A stretch of 64,000 bases of DNA from Verrucomicrobiota bacterium (GCA_046734175.1 JBKPQR010000031.1:2120-66119), one strand, 5' to 3'. Counted from the first letter of the stretch, positions 19,737 through 29,675 are shown. The notes: generated by a model from the sequence alone, not told the origin. Made by a program: numbers and translations.

Positions 19737-20891
19737 TCACAGCGCCGCGCCACACCGGTTCAGCAACTCCGCTGTACGGGTCATCTCCTCGCGCGCGTTG
19801 TAAAAATGCGGGCTGATTCTCAGCCAGCTTCGGCCCTCTCGGTCACGCCGTAAGGAAGCGATGACATCGCTATCACTCAGCACGTGCACAATCTTTTCCG
19901 CGGGCACGCGGGAATGACGGAAAGTAAGAATGCCGCAACGATATTTCTCTTCAGCCGGACTGAGGAATTCGTAACCCGCCGAAGCGATTTGTTCGTGCAG
20001 TGCACTCGTCAGCATGAGAATGCGCGCACTGATTTGGGCGGCGCCGACTTCCTCGAGGAGCGAAACCGCAGCGCGCATCCCGGCGATCGCGACGTAGTTA
20101 TAGGCGCCGGGCTCGAACTTTTGGCCACCGGCGGCGAACTCAATTTCAGGTTGGGCGATGAAATCTGGCGACCGCACGTTCCATCCGCCGATAAGACTCG
20201 GCCACACGAGGTCACGGCGGGCCTCGTTTATAAAAAGCAATCCGGCGCCTGAGGGGCCGAGCATCCATTTTTGCGCGCCGGCGCTGAGAAAATCGACGTG
20301 CTGCAATGAAACTGGAAACGCACCCAGGGTCTGGATCGCATCGACACAAAAGAGAACGCTCCGCTCGTGGCATAGCGCCCCGATGGCATCAACATCGATC
20401 CGATAACCGCTGCAATAATTTGCGCTCGCGAGCGCGACCAGTCTCGTTCGTTCAGTGAGGGCCTGCTCGACAACCTCGGGCTTGATTTCTCCGAGCCTGG
20501 CCGTCTCCAGAAAAACAACGCGCACGCCGCGGCGTTGCAGCGCGAGCCACGGATAGACGTTCGCGGGATATTCGTCCAGGTAACACACGACCTCATCGCC
20601 AGATCGCCAATCGAGGCCGCTCGCGATGACGCTGAGCCCGCTCGAAGTCGCACCGGTAAGTGAAATTTCCTCCGCATTGGCGCCGATGAACCGGGCCAAG
20701 GCCGTTCGTGTCTCGGCGATGAAGGCGAGCGATTCATCGAAAAGCTTTTCGTTGCGCGATGCATTTTCCACTGAGGCATGCATCGCTTCGGCAACCTTGC
20801 GCGGGAGCGGGGCATCCGCTGCATGGGCCAGGTAAATCTTGCGCGCGCAAATCGGAAACTCCCGCCGGCGGAGTTGCTCTTTTTCTGTCAT
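19737..20891 (-). CDS. aminotransferase class V / cysteine desulfurase-like PLP enzyme
   Basis: Class V fold pattern with a SAGAQKWMLGPSGAGLLF lysine region. Start taken at MTEKEQL. Confidence 0.8.
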   Translation of the reverse strand: MTEKEQLRRREFPICARKIYLAHAADAPLPRKVAEAMHASVENASRNEKLFDESLAFIAETRTALARFIGANAEEISLTGATSSGLSVIASGLDWRSGDEVVCYLDEYPANVYPWLALQRRGVRVVFLETARLGEIKPEVVEQALTERTRLVALASANYCSGYRIDVDAIGALCHERSVLFCVDAIQTLGAFPVSLQHVDFLSAGAQKWMLGPSGAGLLFINEARRDLVWPSLIGGWNVRSPDFIAQPEIEFAAGGQKFEPGAYNYVAIAGMRAAVSLLEEVGAAQISARILMLTSALHEQIASAGYEFLSPAEEKYRCGILTFRHSRVPAEKIVHVLSDSDVIASLRRDREGRSWLRISPHFYNAREEMTRTAELLNRCGAAL

Positions 20892-20985
20892 GTCGAGCGA
20901 AGTCGAGAGGTCTCTCACCGTTTGGCCTTGCAGAAGCAGTTAGAGATTCCTCTGCTCCGCTTCGCGCCGGCGGAATGACAACAAG

Positions 20986-21351
20986 TCATCTTTTCTTTCC
21001 CGTGCGCTCGCCTTGCTCGATCAACTTCCAAAATTCGCGCGTTTCCTTCAGCTGCTCGTCCTCGCCCGTAGGAAGCTTCGTCCGGTAGAGAAAATCGCGA
21101 AGCGTGTTCTTATGCAGCACGCGGTGCACAGTGATGCCTTCCGGCGTGCGCGCAAAGTAGATGCGATAATCCCTGGCGCGATAGCGATAGAGTTTCTGGC
21201 CTTCGCGTTCGAGAACACCGAAGCGGCTGCTGTCGAGATGATCGAGGTCTTCAGGCAGAATCTGGAACTCGGCCAGGAGATCGAGCTGCAGCTTCTTCGG
21301 CAACGCGGCCATTTCCGAGGCGCTCAGTTCATTGAAAATGATCTGGAACAT
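20986..21351 (-). CDS. RelE/ParE-fold toxin-like protein with C-terminal extension
   Basis: GQKLYRYRARDYRIYFARTPEGITVHRVLHKN resembles the RelE/ParE core (YR.R.GDYRI.Y....V..I.H). No antitoxin-sized neighbour is visible. Confidence 0.45.
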   Translation of the reverse strand: MFQIIFNELSASEMAALPKKLQLDLLAEFQILPEDLDHLDSSRFGVLEREGQKLYRYRARDYRIYFARTPEGITVHRVLHKNTLRDFLYRTKLPTGEDEQLKETREFWKLIEQGERTGKKR

Positions 21352-21358
21352 TGAAGCG

Positions 21359-22465
21359 CTAAATAAAGACACGGTGCACGCGCGCGCCAACGCGCGTCGT
21401 GATTTCCCATGTGATCGTGCCGGCGCGCTCCGCCAGCTCCGCGCAGGAGATTTCTTCGCTGCCTTGTCGTCCCATCAGCACCGCTTCATCGCCCAGCTCC
21501 ACATGGGGAGTTTCGGAAACATCAATCATCATCAAATCCATGGTGACGCGGCCTAGTAGCGGGCAACGTTGCCCGTGCACCAGGACCGATGCGCCCGTGT
21601 TGGAAAGATGCCGCGGGTAGCCATCGGCATATCCGGCGGAAAGAGTGGCCACTCGCATCGGGCGCGGCGTCAGAAAGGTGCGGCCATAGCTGATTCCGTG
21701 GCCCGCAGGCATATCGCGGATGAGCACCAGGCGCGTCTTCCACGTCATGACTGGACGCAGCTCGCGCTGAAATTCCGGCAACGGCGAAATACCGTAAAAC
21801 AGAATTCCGGGGCGCACGATGTCGAATGGTTCGGTGGCAAAAGTGAGCAGGCCGGCCGTCTGCAAGGCGTGCACTTTGTATTGACCGGGAACTTCGCGGC
21901 GCAGCTCGGTAATGAGATCGGAGAAATTCCGCAGCTGTTCGCGGGTGAAAGTCGCATCTTCATTAGAAACGGGAAGATGGGTCGAAACGCTGTGAATGGT
22001 GATGTTCCGAAGCGCGTTGATCTTCTTGAAAAGCGTTATCGCTTCCTCCTCGATCACGCCCATGCGCCCCATGCCCGTGTCGATTTTGAAGTTGATCGAC
22101 GCGGTCCCGGATTGGGCGATTCGGTTGAAGTGTTCCGCTTCTTCCCAGCTCGAGATCGAAGGAATAAAGCCGGCCTTAACGATCGCTGCCCGCTCCTCCA
22201 GCAACGCCGGGCCTAGAATCAGGATCGGATGCGGAACAGCCGGACGCAGCGCGGTCGCTTCTTCGAGGTTCGCGACCGCAAAAAGGTCGACGTATCTCGC
22301 GAGCGCCTGGGCACAGCCGATCGTGCCGTGGCCGTAGGCATTGGCTTTAACAACGGCGAGGATTTCGATCTGCGCGCCCAGCTTTTCGCGGATGAGCGCA
22401 GCATTGTGGTGTAATGCGCTGCAATCGATCTCGACCCAGCAGCGATGATGATGATGTTGCGTCAT
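21359..22465 (-). CDS. alr: alanine racemase
   Basis: AVVKANAYGHG PLP-lysine motif. Start at MTQHHHH gives a 4-bp overlap with the tsaB stop. Confidence 0.9.
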   Translation of the reverse strand: MTQHHHHRCWVEIDCSALHHNAALIREKLGAQIEILAVVKANAYGHGTIGCAQALARYVDLFAVANLEEATALRPAVPHPILILGPALLEERAAIVKAGFIPSISSWEEAEHFNRIAQSGTASINFKIDTGMGRMGVIEEEAITLFKKINALRNITIHSVSTHLPVSNEDATFTREQLRNFSDLITELRREVPGQYKVHALQTAGLLTFATEPFDIVRPGILFYGISPLPEFQRELRPVMTWKTRLVLIRDMPAGHGISYGRTFLTPRPMRVATLSAGYADGYPRHLSNTGASVLVHGQRCPLLGRVTMDLMMIDVSETPHVELGDEAVLMGRQGSEEISCAELAERAGTITWEITTRVGARVHRVFI

Positions 22466-23070
22466 TTCTCTGCCGAAGTGATATGTGGCGCGCGAAGATA
22501 AATCGGCTCGAGCGGAGGACGCGAAAGATTCTTCGCAGTAAACGCGCGGGCGCAAAGCAGCTCTGCTGAGGGAAAACGAAGCTGCGCTCGATCGAACTGC
22601 GGGAGGTCGTCAGCAGTGTAGATCGGCGCCTCGGTTTCGGAAAGGCGTCGGCTCATCTCAGTGCCCGACAGTAGCTCAATGTCGCGGGCAATGACCCCAT
22701 CGATAATGTGGCTGAAGAAATACGAAGCGCGTTTGGCGTCACCAATAACGACGAAGTCGTTCTCCGATGACATTGCGCAAACTGACGGCAGACCGCGCAA
22801 CTCCGCTCCGCAGGCAATGTGCAATCCAATGGCGGCGGAGAGAGCGATACGCGTCCCCGTATAGGAGCCTGGACCGAGCCCGACGACCAGCATCTCGGGC
22901 GCGGCTCGGAGCCGGACAATCTCATCGAGCGCGCGAAAGAAAGGCCCGGAATTGCGTCGATCATTCGGCCAGTCGCGTTGCTCAAGGAGATCGGCCGATG
23001 ACGCGCTGGTCTTGCAAATTAGGGCCATGCTCCCTTGCCGCGTGGAAAGATCGAAGGCCATGATTCTCAT
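22462..23070 (-). CDS. tsaB: tRNA t6A biosynthesis protein TsaB
   Basis: GPGSYTGTRIALSAAIGL motif and YeaZ-like size. Confidence 0.85.
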   Translation of the reverse strand: MRIMAFDLSTRQGSMALICKTSASSADLLEQRDWPNDRRNSGPFFRALDEIVRLRAAPEMLVVGLGPGSYTGTRIALSAAIGLHIACGAELRGLPSVCAMSSENDFVVIGDAKRASYFFSHIIDGVIARDIELLSGTEMSRRLSETEAPIYTADDLPQFDRAQLRFPSAELLCARAFTAKNLSRPPLEPIYLRAPHITSAEK

Positions 23071-23071
23071 T

Positions 23072-23512
23072 CTAATCCGCCGCCACTTTGAACGATGAGA
23101 GATCCGACGCGAAATGGAGGTGCCGCACCTTACCAGACGCGATTTGAAGCCTGATCCAGCGCGACCGCGGCGGGATTACGGCAGGGAACTTATCAGCCCA
23201 TTCGATAACGCTGACGCCGTTTCCAAAAACATATTCATCAAACCCGATGGCGCGGAGTGCTTGCGCGTTCTCCAGCCGATAGAGATCGAAATGATAAAGC
23301 GGCAGCCGGCCACCGGAATACTCATGCACGAGCGTGAACGTGGGACTGGTCACCGCAGCCGCACTGCCGAGTCCGCGCGCAACGCCTTTGACGAATTGCG
23401 TTTTCCCCGCACCGAGTTCGCCCGTGATCGCGAGCACATCACCCGGATTCAACTCCCGAGCAACGCTGGCCCCAGCTTCCTCTGTCTCAGCGGCGCTGTT
23501 GGAAATGAACAT
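23072..23512 (-). CDS. tsaE: tRNA t6A ATPase TsaE
   Basis: GELGAGKTQFVKG P-loop, SPTFTLVHEY and HFDLYRL motifs. Confidence 0.9.
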   Translation of the reverse strand: MFISNSAAETEEAGASVARELNPGDVLAITGELGAGKTQFVKGVARGLGSAAAVTSPTFTLVHEYSGGRLPLYHFDLYRLENAQALRAIGFDEYVFGNGVSVIEWADKFPAVIPPRSRWIRLQIASGKVRHLHFASDLSSFKVAAD

Positions 23513-24386
23513 AGCCGTGGAAGAAAGGCGGAGGGCGGAAGGACGAAGTCGTAATGAGTTTGCCGATTCTCGTTAGCCGGGTTTTGGGAAACTTGCGCTC
23601 CCAGTTTTGCTTTAATCGCTCACGTTGGCGCGGCGAAATCGCGAAGAGTAACTCGTAGTCCTCTCCTTCGGAGATGGCCTGCTCGATTGTGCAGCCGCGC
23701 GCAACCGGCAAAGCATTTTCATCAATCTGAAAACCTAGCCTGCTCGCGCGCGCTAATCGGGGCAGATCAACGCCGAGACCGTCGCTCAGGTCTATCATGG
23801 CGTGAATCGCGAACTGGCGGGCAAGCCAGCGTGCTTCCTCGATTCGCGCCGTGAAGTTTAAATGCCGACCCCGGATCGAGCCGCCCAGTTCTCCGGTAAC
23901 GAACAGGTCGTCTCCCAATCTTCCGCCGCTGCGACTGATCCATCTTCGCGCTTCGACATAACCGGCCAGACTGACCGTGATGACGGTACTCGCGCTCGTG
24001 TCGCTTGTTTCTCCGCCAACGATCGCAACGTCAAACTGCGCGGCGGCACGGTTGAGGCCACCATAAAAGTCGCGCACCCAGATCGCGCTTCGCTTCGAGG
24101 AGATCACCAGAGTGAGAAGAGCAAACTCTGGAACCGCGGCCATGGCCGCGAAATCGCTCAAAGCACGCATCATCGCTTTCCAACCGACGGCAGCCGGCCG
24201 CGAGCTGCTGGTGAAATGAACGCCTTCCACCACGCAGTCCGACTTCAGCACCAGCAGGTCGCGCGTCCCGCGAAACTTGACGAGCGCGCAATCATCGCCA
24301 GGTCCCAGGACCACCCGCTGCGATTGCCGCAACCGCGGCAAAATCTGCGCCAGCAGCTTCTCTTCGCCGAGCTGGCGCAGCGTCAT
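23487..24386 (-). CDS. thiL: thiamine-monophosphate kinase
   Basis: AIR-synthase-related fold: GPGDDCALV, GGETS and DLSDGL motifs. Confidence 0.85.
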   Translation of the reverse strand: MTLRQLGEEKLLAQILPRLRQSQRVVLGPGDDCALVKFRGTRDLLVLKSDCVVEGVHFTSSSRPAAVGWKAMMRALSDFAAMAAVPEFALLTLVISSKRSAIWVRDFYGGLNRAAAQFDVAIVGGETSDTSASTVITVSLAGYVEARRWISRSGGRLGDDLFVTGELGGSIRGRHLNFTARIEEARWLARQFAIHAMIDLSDGLGVDLPRLARASRLGFQIDENALPVARGCTIEQAISEGEDYELLFAISPRQRERLKQNWERKFPKTRLTRIGKLITTSSFRPPPFFHGYVHFQQRR

Positions 24387-25180
24387 TGTTCGACAATGTT
24401 GGGGAAAGCGAGCGCGAGCAAGGTCAGGGAATTAAACATTGTGTGCATCGTCATGGAGACGAGTAAAGAGCCGCTCCACTCGTAGGCGAGGCCAAAACAG
24501 GTTCCGAGGACAAAGAGCGGCGCGAAGGAAGGAAGGTGGGCGTGCACCGCCGCGAACAACAAGGCCGAGATCACCAGTGCGACCATTCGCCCGGCGTAAC
24601 GCCGCAGCACGCCATAAAGAAAAAAGCGAAAGATGAATTCCTCCGCTAAAGGCGCAACTGCCACCGCCAGCACAATGATGAGCACCCGCTGCTCGAGCAA
24701 CTGCGACCCCCTGAAAAGCTCGATGATTCCCTGCCTGCTCGAGCCGGAAGCGCCTGCTACTCGGGTTGTGACCCAATCGGCCAGAACAATCAGCGGATAA
24801 GCCACGATCAAAAGAATGAAGCCAGTGACAAAGCCGCGACGAAAAGTGAGCCGGTTGATCCCGGTGAGTTCTGCCAATTGAAAATTTCGCAGTTTCAGAA
24901 ACAGGGCAATGAACCCAACCAGCCCGAGCTCGACCAAGCCCGTGCCGACGAGATCCCGCGTGCGGAGATTGATCGTGCGCGAGGCCGAGGCTCCGATACT
25001 GGTAGAAATGAAAAGAGTGCTCAGTGCCAGCGCGAGCGCCGCTTCCGGCAAACCGAAACGGCGGCTCGTTCCGATGGTGGCATCGATGGGACGGAGGGCA
25101 ATTTGCCGCAGGAGCGAAACATAAATGTAAATGCTGGCGATGAGAAAAAACGCGTTTGCGATCGAGCCGAGCGCGCTCAC
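24383..25180 (-). CDS. CPBP family intramembrane glutamic endopeptidase
   Basis: Multi-TM protein with the APLAEEFIFRFFLYG and FAAVH motifs. Confidence 0.85.
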   Translation of the reverse strand: MSALGSIANAFFLIASIYIYVSLLRQIALRPIDATIGTSRRFGLPEAALALALSTLFISTSIGASASRTINLRTRDLVGTGLVELGLVGFIALFLKLRNFQLAELTGINRLTFRRGFVTGFILLIVAYPLIVLADWVTTRVAGASGSSRQGIIELFRGSQLLEQRVLIIVLAVAVAPLAEEFIFRFFLYGVLRRYAGRMVALVISALLFAAVHAHLPSFAPLFVLGTCFGLAYEWSGSLLVSMTMHTMFNSLTLLALAFPNIVEQ

Positions 25181-25204
25181 GAAACCGTCGCCTTCCCTGC
25201 GCCC

Positions 25205-26314
25205 CTAGGGAGCGTAGAAGCTCGGCAAAAAGTAGGCGCGGCCGCTTTCCAGCTGCGGTACAAGCTGACGCGGCAATTCGATTCGCATCTTCCCGCTTTC
25301 ACCTAGTGCGCGAAAGAAACGCCCCAGACTGAACGGCGCCGAGTACCGAACAACATGGGCATCCGGCGCGCCCGCCAATTCCTTTGCTTTAGCGTAGGCG
25401 TCTTCGATCTGGCCGAGCCCGTCAATCAACTTGTCCTCCAGCGCCTCTTTACCGGAAAGAATTCGTCCATCGGCGACTGAGTTGCGCAGACCGTCTGCGG
25501 CAAGGTTCCGCTCCCTCGCGACAATGCCGAGGAATTTATCGTAGGTTTTCATCACGAATGCCTGGACGAAATCGCGCTCCTCCGGTGTCATTGGTCGCGC
25601 ACCATTGAGCAGGTCCTTGAACTTGCCACTTTTAAATACGACTGAGGCGAGGCCCACCTTATTGAAGAGCTGCTCGTAATTAAGTGTTTGGATAATCACG
25701 CCGATGCTTCCAGTAATGGTTGTATCGTTGGCCATTAAATACTTCCCGCCGCACGAAACATAGTAGCCGCCCGAAGCTGCCAGCGATTCCATGTAAATCA
25801 CCACCGGCTTCTTCGCGCGCGTCTTGGCAACAGCGTTGTAGATCATGTCGGCCGCGGTCACCTCGCCGCCGGGTGAATCAACTTCGAGCACGACTGCTTT
25901 GACCCGGTCGTCTTCCCGCGCCTGCTGGAGGGCGAGTCGCAAATCGTCCACCATGTTTTCACCCGCGGCGCCGGGGATCGACGTGCTGATGAGCCCGCGC
26001 AAAGAGAGAACAACAACGCGATCGCGAGTGCTGCGCGCGCCGTTCTGCACCATCACTTCGCGGAACCGGGGCGACGGCTCCTCGCGCGTAAAGCCGCTAC
26101 GGAACCGGCCAATCAGGGCAACCCCGAAAATGATGTTGAACAGCACGCTGGCGCAGAGTGCGAGAAAAAGGACCAGAGTAAGGCAGCCGGTTTTCCGATC
26201 GGCCATGACGGGCAAGGTGGAGGAGAAGTGCCGAGCGAACAAGCGCTTTTCGTTTTTACTGATGACGGCAAAGCCAGTGACTGGCTTGGAAGCTGCTTCC
26301 CTAAGGATCCGCAT
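25205..26314 (-). CDS. sppA: signal peptide peptidase SppA (36K type)
   Basis: ClpP/crotonase-like S49 domain (VVLEVDSPGGEV, ESLAASGGYYVS). The start is uncertain (26314, 26206 or 26467). Confidence 0.85.
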   Translation of the reverse strand: MRILREAASKPVTGFAVISKNEKRLFARHFSSTLPVMADRKTGCLTLVLFLALCASVLFNIIFGVALIGRFRSGFTREEPSPRFREVMVQNGARSTRDRVVVLSLRGLISTSIPGAAGENMVDDLRLALQQAREDDRVKAVVLEVDSPGGEVTAADMIYNAVAKTRAKKPVVIYMESLAASGGYYVSCGGKYLMANDTTITGSIGVIIQTLNYEQLFNKVGLASVVFKSGKFKDLLNGARPMTPEERDFVQAFVMKTYDKFLGIVARERNLAADGLRNSVADGRILSGKEALEDKLIDGLGQIEDAYAKAKELAGAPDAHVVRYSAPFSLGRFFRALGESGKMRIELPRQLVPQLESGRAYFLPSFYAP

Positions 26315-26583
26315 GAATAGCGGGAACCTGTCAGTAAGCGAGCGCGCCGCGCGAAGAGTAAACAAGCAGAAACGCAAAGGCCGTGCGCGTCCGCGAAGCA
26401 CAGCGCGCAAAATGTCCGCTTCGAGCGCACCGGATTTGCCCAGCGCCGGCACCCTTGCCCGGACCAAAACTCTCCTCCTGGCGGCGTTGCGTGTTTGGGA
26501 GCTGAAGCACCGCGTTAGCGACTAGATGGGACGCGGGACAGCGGCCGCCGACTCAGTTCCATTGCAGCCAGACGCTGTGGTCC

Positions 26584-27087
26584 CTACCTGCGCCCTTCAA
26601 CTTTGACGTAAATCTCTGCCGGCGGCGCCGAGAAGTATTTGAGTAAGGCCGGACAGAGCCAGCCTTCCTGATTGAACTCGGGACTATAGTACCAGTTGCC
26701 TCCGGATTCCGCCCGGCGCCATCGCAGCTTAAAGGTTGCACCCGGAAACGGCGCGGCACTAAAGATGGCGCGAAACCCACGTTGCGCATCGGGGACATTC
26801 GCCGTCGCTCTATCAATCAAAGTATCGATCCCAGCAATAAAAGGCTCTTTCCTTAACCCAACCGCAGGATCATCAAACACCCACATGCCTTCATACTTAT
26901 AAGGAACGATGACCATGAGTGCATTCACCGGATTGAGTTTCCCGTCGGCGGGCGAGGCGCGCAAATCGAACCGAATTGGCACTGCCAGCAGCGCCATCAA
27001 AACAGCCAGACCAAGCAAAACTGTTCGCTTCCTGGCTTGCCAGGTCATCTGATCAGATAACTTGCGCAAAAAGTCCGCTGGCCGCAA
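26584..27087 (-). CDS. hypothetical membrane-anchored protein
   Basis: 167-aa ORF with one TM. The conserved-looking core YKYEGMWVFDDPAVGLRKEPFIAGIDTLID is not one I can name confidently. Confidence 0.5.
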   Translation of the reverse strand: MRPADFLRKLSDQMTWQARKRTVLLGLAVLMALLAVPIRFDLRASPADGKLNPVNALMVIVPYKYEGMWVFDDPAVGLRKEPFIAGIDTLIDRATANVPDAQRGFRAIFSAAPFPGATFKLRWRRAESGGNWYYSPEFNQEGWLCPALLKYFSAPPAEIYVKVEGRR

Positions 27088-27101
27088 TTTCCGCGCATTG
27101 T

Positions 27102-27124
27102 GCCCGTAGCTCAGCCGGATAGAG
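27102..27124 (+). repeat. direct repeat: 23-bp copy of the tRNA-Arg(TCT) 5' part (att-like)
   Basis: gcccgtagctcagccggatagag is identical to 52782-52804. The sequence downstream diverges and cannot fold into a tRNA. Confidence 0.85.
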
Positions 27125-27231
27125 AGAGCGCGGATTATGTCCTCATGAACACCTTCTGCGAATATTGAAACGCAAATGCAACCGCGTGCTCCGGATCTGG
27201 AGCGTGTGTTATGCTTTTACTAGCCGAATGC

Positions 27232-27858
27232 CTACTTTACGATGACCGTGCCCTTCATCTCAGGATGAAAGGTGCAGTAATACGGAAAGTTTCCGGCTTG
27301 CCTAAACGTGTGGTGCCAGGAGGCTCCGGCGTCGATCGAACCTGAATTCAGGTCGCCCGTGCCTTGTGACGTGACAGTATGCGGCGTCAAGTCGTTGTTC
27401 ACCCATTCGACAGTCTGGCCAGCGCTGACTTCCATTGTCTCTGGCGTAAACTTGACTAGCTGGATCGTTACCCCGGCAATGGCAGCACTACTCTGAGGCG
27501 TCGGAGCCACGGTTAGAGTGGTTGCGGTTTGCGCGACCGACGGAGATTCGCGACTGATTGGCTCGCCAGCTGGAGTTACGAGTCGGCTCATTTGTCTCCC
27601 GTGGAGAAAGGCAACGATAAAAATCACGAGGCCGCAGAACGCGAGCGTTTTCAACGAAACCGGCCCAGAAACAATCCTGACCGTTTTCGCTTCTAAACTA
27701 TTGTCAGGAGAAATTGCAGACCGGACTGGTTCTACGTAGTCGATCCCCTGTCGATGTGGCGTGCTTGAATGCTGCGCGGGCTGCACGGGATCGGTATTAA
27801 CGTCAGACCGAGCCCACGCTGCGCCCTCCCGTTCAACCTCAGAGGGCGCAGCCGTCAT
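27232..27858 (-). CDS. membrane-anchored cupredoxin (plastocyanin/amicyanin-like)
   Basis: C-terminal VEWVNNDLTPHTVTS...YYCTFHPEMKGTVIV carries the type-1 Cu ligand set H..C..H..M. Confidence 0.85.
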   Translation of the reverse strand: MTAAPSEVEREGAAWARSDVNTDPVQPAQHSSTPHRQGIDYVEPVRSAISPDNSLEAKTVRIVSGPVSLKTLAFCGLVIFIVAFLHGRQMSRLVTPAGEPISRESPSVAQTATTLTVAPTPQSSAAIAGVTIQLVKFTPETMEVSAGQTVEWVNNDLTPHTVTSQGTGDLNSGSIDAGASWHHTFRQAGNFPYYCTFHPEMKGTVIVK

Positions 27859-27876
27859 GCTTTGACAGGGACTTCG

Positions 27877-28413
27877 TTACCGCAAAGAGGCTTGCGCCTC
27901 TTTCGCGTGGTTCAGGTGGGAGGTGAAGATCGGCCCCGCACTTTCCAGAAGCGCCTTCAGCTGGGCGTTCTTGGTGTTCGGGATGAGCGTGTCGGTCACG
28001 ACTTTGATCACCGCTTCGTGATAGCTCACTTCATTGTCGATGTAAGCCTTGTCGAATTCGGCGCCGCTGAGCTTTTTCAGCTGCGCGATCATCTTCTCAC
28101 CATCAGATTTTAACTTGCGGCTGGTGGCGCTCTCTTCCGGTGTGACGTTGAGCTTCTTGGCGAGTGCAGTCGCCTGGTTGTTGACCGAGGTGTGATCGCG
28201 GATCATCAGTTCCGCAAATTCCTTCACTTTTGGATTGGTCGTTTTGTCAGCGGCCAATTTGCCGACATCGATATCGACGGTGTTGGCCGTAACCGCGATC
28301 ATGGCGATCTGCGGGTCAGTTGGCGCAGTCGACGTTTTCTCGCTCTGTGCGCGTACAGTAGTGAAGGCCGCTAAAGCGGCAGTGGTAATCGTGAGTGCAA
28401 TGATTTTTCGCAT
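27877..28413 (-). CDS. DUF4142 domain protein, secreted
   Basis: Signal peptide MRKIIALTITTAALAAFTTVRA and two helical repeats (DVGKLAADKT...ELMIRDH; EFDKAYIDNEVSYHE) typical of DUF4142. Confidence 0.8.
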   Translation of the reverse strand: MRKIIALTITTAALAAFTTVRAQSEKTSTAPTDPQIAMIAVTANTVDIDVGKLAADKTTNPKVKEFAELMIRDHTSVNNQATALAKKLNVTPEESATSRKLKSDGEKMIAQLKKLSGAEFDKAYIDNEVSYHEAVIKVVTDTLIPNTKNAQLKALLESAGPIFTSHLNHAKEAQASLR

Positions 28414-28511
28414 AAAGATTTCTCTGTGTTTCGGTTGATTTGGTGATTGCTCTCGCGGAGGGGCTAGGCTCTCCAGTGAACGAACAACTTTGCAAAGTAC
28501 CCTCTCGTAAT

Positions 28512-28539
28512 AATTAGTCAATGTGTTTTTTGACTAATT
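28512..28539. promoter_or_regulatory. inverted repeat AATTAGTCAA-N8-TTGACTAATT (copy 1 of 4)
   Basis: Perfect 10-bp arms, read directly. Lies 99-126 nt upstream of the DUF4142 ATG. Confidence 0.5.
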
Positions 28540-28592
28540 TATGTGGGTTGAAGTGACTGGTAGCTCTTCGCACGGAGTAGGCCCAACCCCCA

Positions 28593-29615
28593 CTAGTGCT
28601 TGTTTAATGCTTCGGTGACTCTCTTTGCTGACACAGTTCCTAGATCAAGGCTCTCATCACTGAAGCTTCCCGAGTAGCGCCCGAGATATGCGCCGCCGAA
28701 GAAAAGCGCAATGGCGTAAATTGCGATCAACGAGATGGAGAGCGGCTCAAGTCCGGCGCGTGGTTCTTCCTTTTCACGCTGGATCGCCGCGTGGACTTGC
28801 TGGACGTCGTTGCTCTCGCCGTAATCGATTCCCTGGCGAGGGCGTGCCTCATCACCTCCGCGACAAGGGTTCATTCGAATTGGTCTCCTAAGGTACTGTC
28901 GACGACCGTACGGACTTCGGTTTTCTGATTCGCAGGTTAAACATTCCACCATGACAGAGAAGCCCATTGCAAAATAGGTATAGCCTTTGGGGATGTGGAA
29001 GCCGAGCGCTTCACCTATCAGGTTCACTCCAATCAGCAGGAGAAAACTCAGGGCGAGCATTTTCAGCGATGGGTGGCGGTCGATGAAATTGCTGATGCTG
29101 GCGGCAAACACCATCATGAGGGCGACTGAGATGATCACCGCCGTAATCATCACCGGAATTTCATTAACCATTCCCACCGCGGTGATGACGGAGTCCAGTG
29201 AGAAGACGATGTCGATGAGAACGATTTGCACGAGAACGCCACCGAAGGACGGCGGCGCGATGGGCGGGGCATGCTCGTCAATATTCTCCAGGCGTTTGTG
29301 AATCTCGCGCGTACTTTTCGCGAGGAGAAAAAGACCGCCGCAAAATAAAATGAGCGCGCGGCCGGTCACGTCGAAGTCGAAAATGGAAAACAGTGGGCGG
29401 GTCAATCCCATGATCCACGACAGGGAGAGTAGGAGTAGCACTCGCATTCCCATCGCCAACATGAGCCCCCACTGCCGTGCACGATTCCGCGAAGCAGCGG
29501 GGAGCTTCCCGGCGAGGATTGAGACGAAGACGACGTTGTCGATGCCGAGAACGATCTCCAACGCAGTGAGCGTGAGCAGTCCGATCCACAGTCCGGGGTT
29601 AGCGAGCCATTCCAT
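28593..29615 (-). CDS. TerC family membrane protein (YegH/YoaE-type N-domain); 3' end apparently frameshift-fused to a downstream small ORF
   Basis: MEWLANPGLWIGLLTLTALEIVLGIDNVVFVSILAGKLP...SLDSVITAVGMV...YFAMGFSVMVECL aligns with the E. coli YegH N-terminal domain. See the finding on the frameshift near 28937-28942. Confidence 0.8.
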   Translation of the reverse strand: MEWLANPGLWIGLLTLTALEIVLGIDNVVFVSILAGKLPAASRNRARQWGLMLAMGMRVLLLLSLSWIMGLTRPLFSIFDFDVTGRALILFCGGLFLLAKSTREIHKRLENIDEHAPPIAPPSFGGVLVQIVLIDIVFSLDSVITAVGMVNEIPVMITAVIISVALMMVFAASISNFIDRHPSLKMLALSFLLLIGVNLIGEALGFHIPKGYTYFAMGFSVMVECLTCESENRSPYGRRQYLRRPIRMNPCRGGDEARPRQGIDYGESNDVQQVHAAIQREKEEPRAGLEPLSISLIAIYAIALFFGGAYLGRYSGSFSDESLDLGTVSAKRVTEALNKH

Positions 29616-29675
29616 GTGGTTATCTCGCGTCAGTCGGTGACGGAGCAACTACAATCCAAGTCTCGCCGCGGTTGC

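Noticed and set aside
27102-27180. Possible second tRNA gene
   Set aside because: Only the acceptor 5' strand and D-arm are present. The downstream sequence cannot form anticodon or T arms, so I treat it as an att-like remnant.
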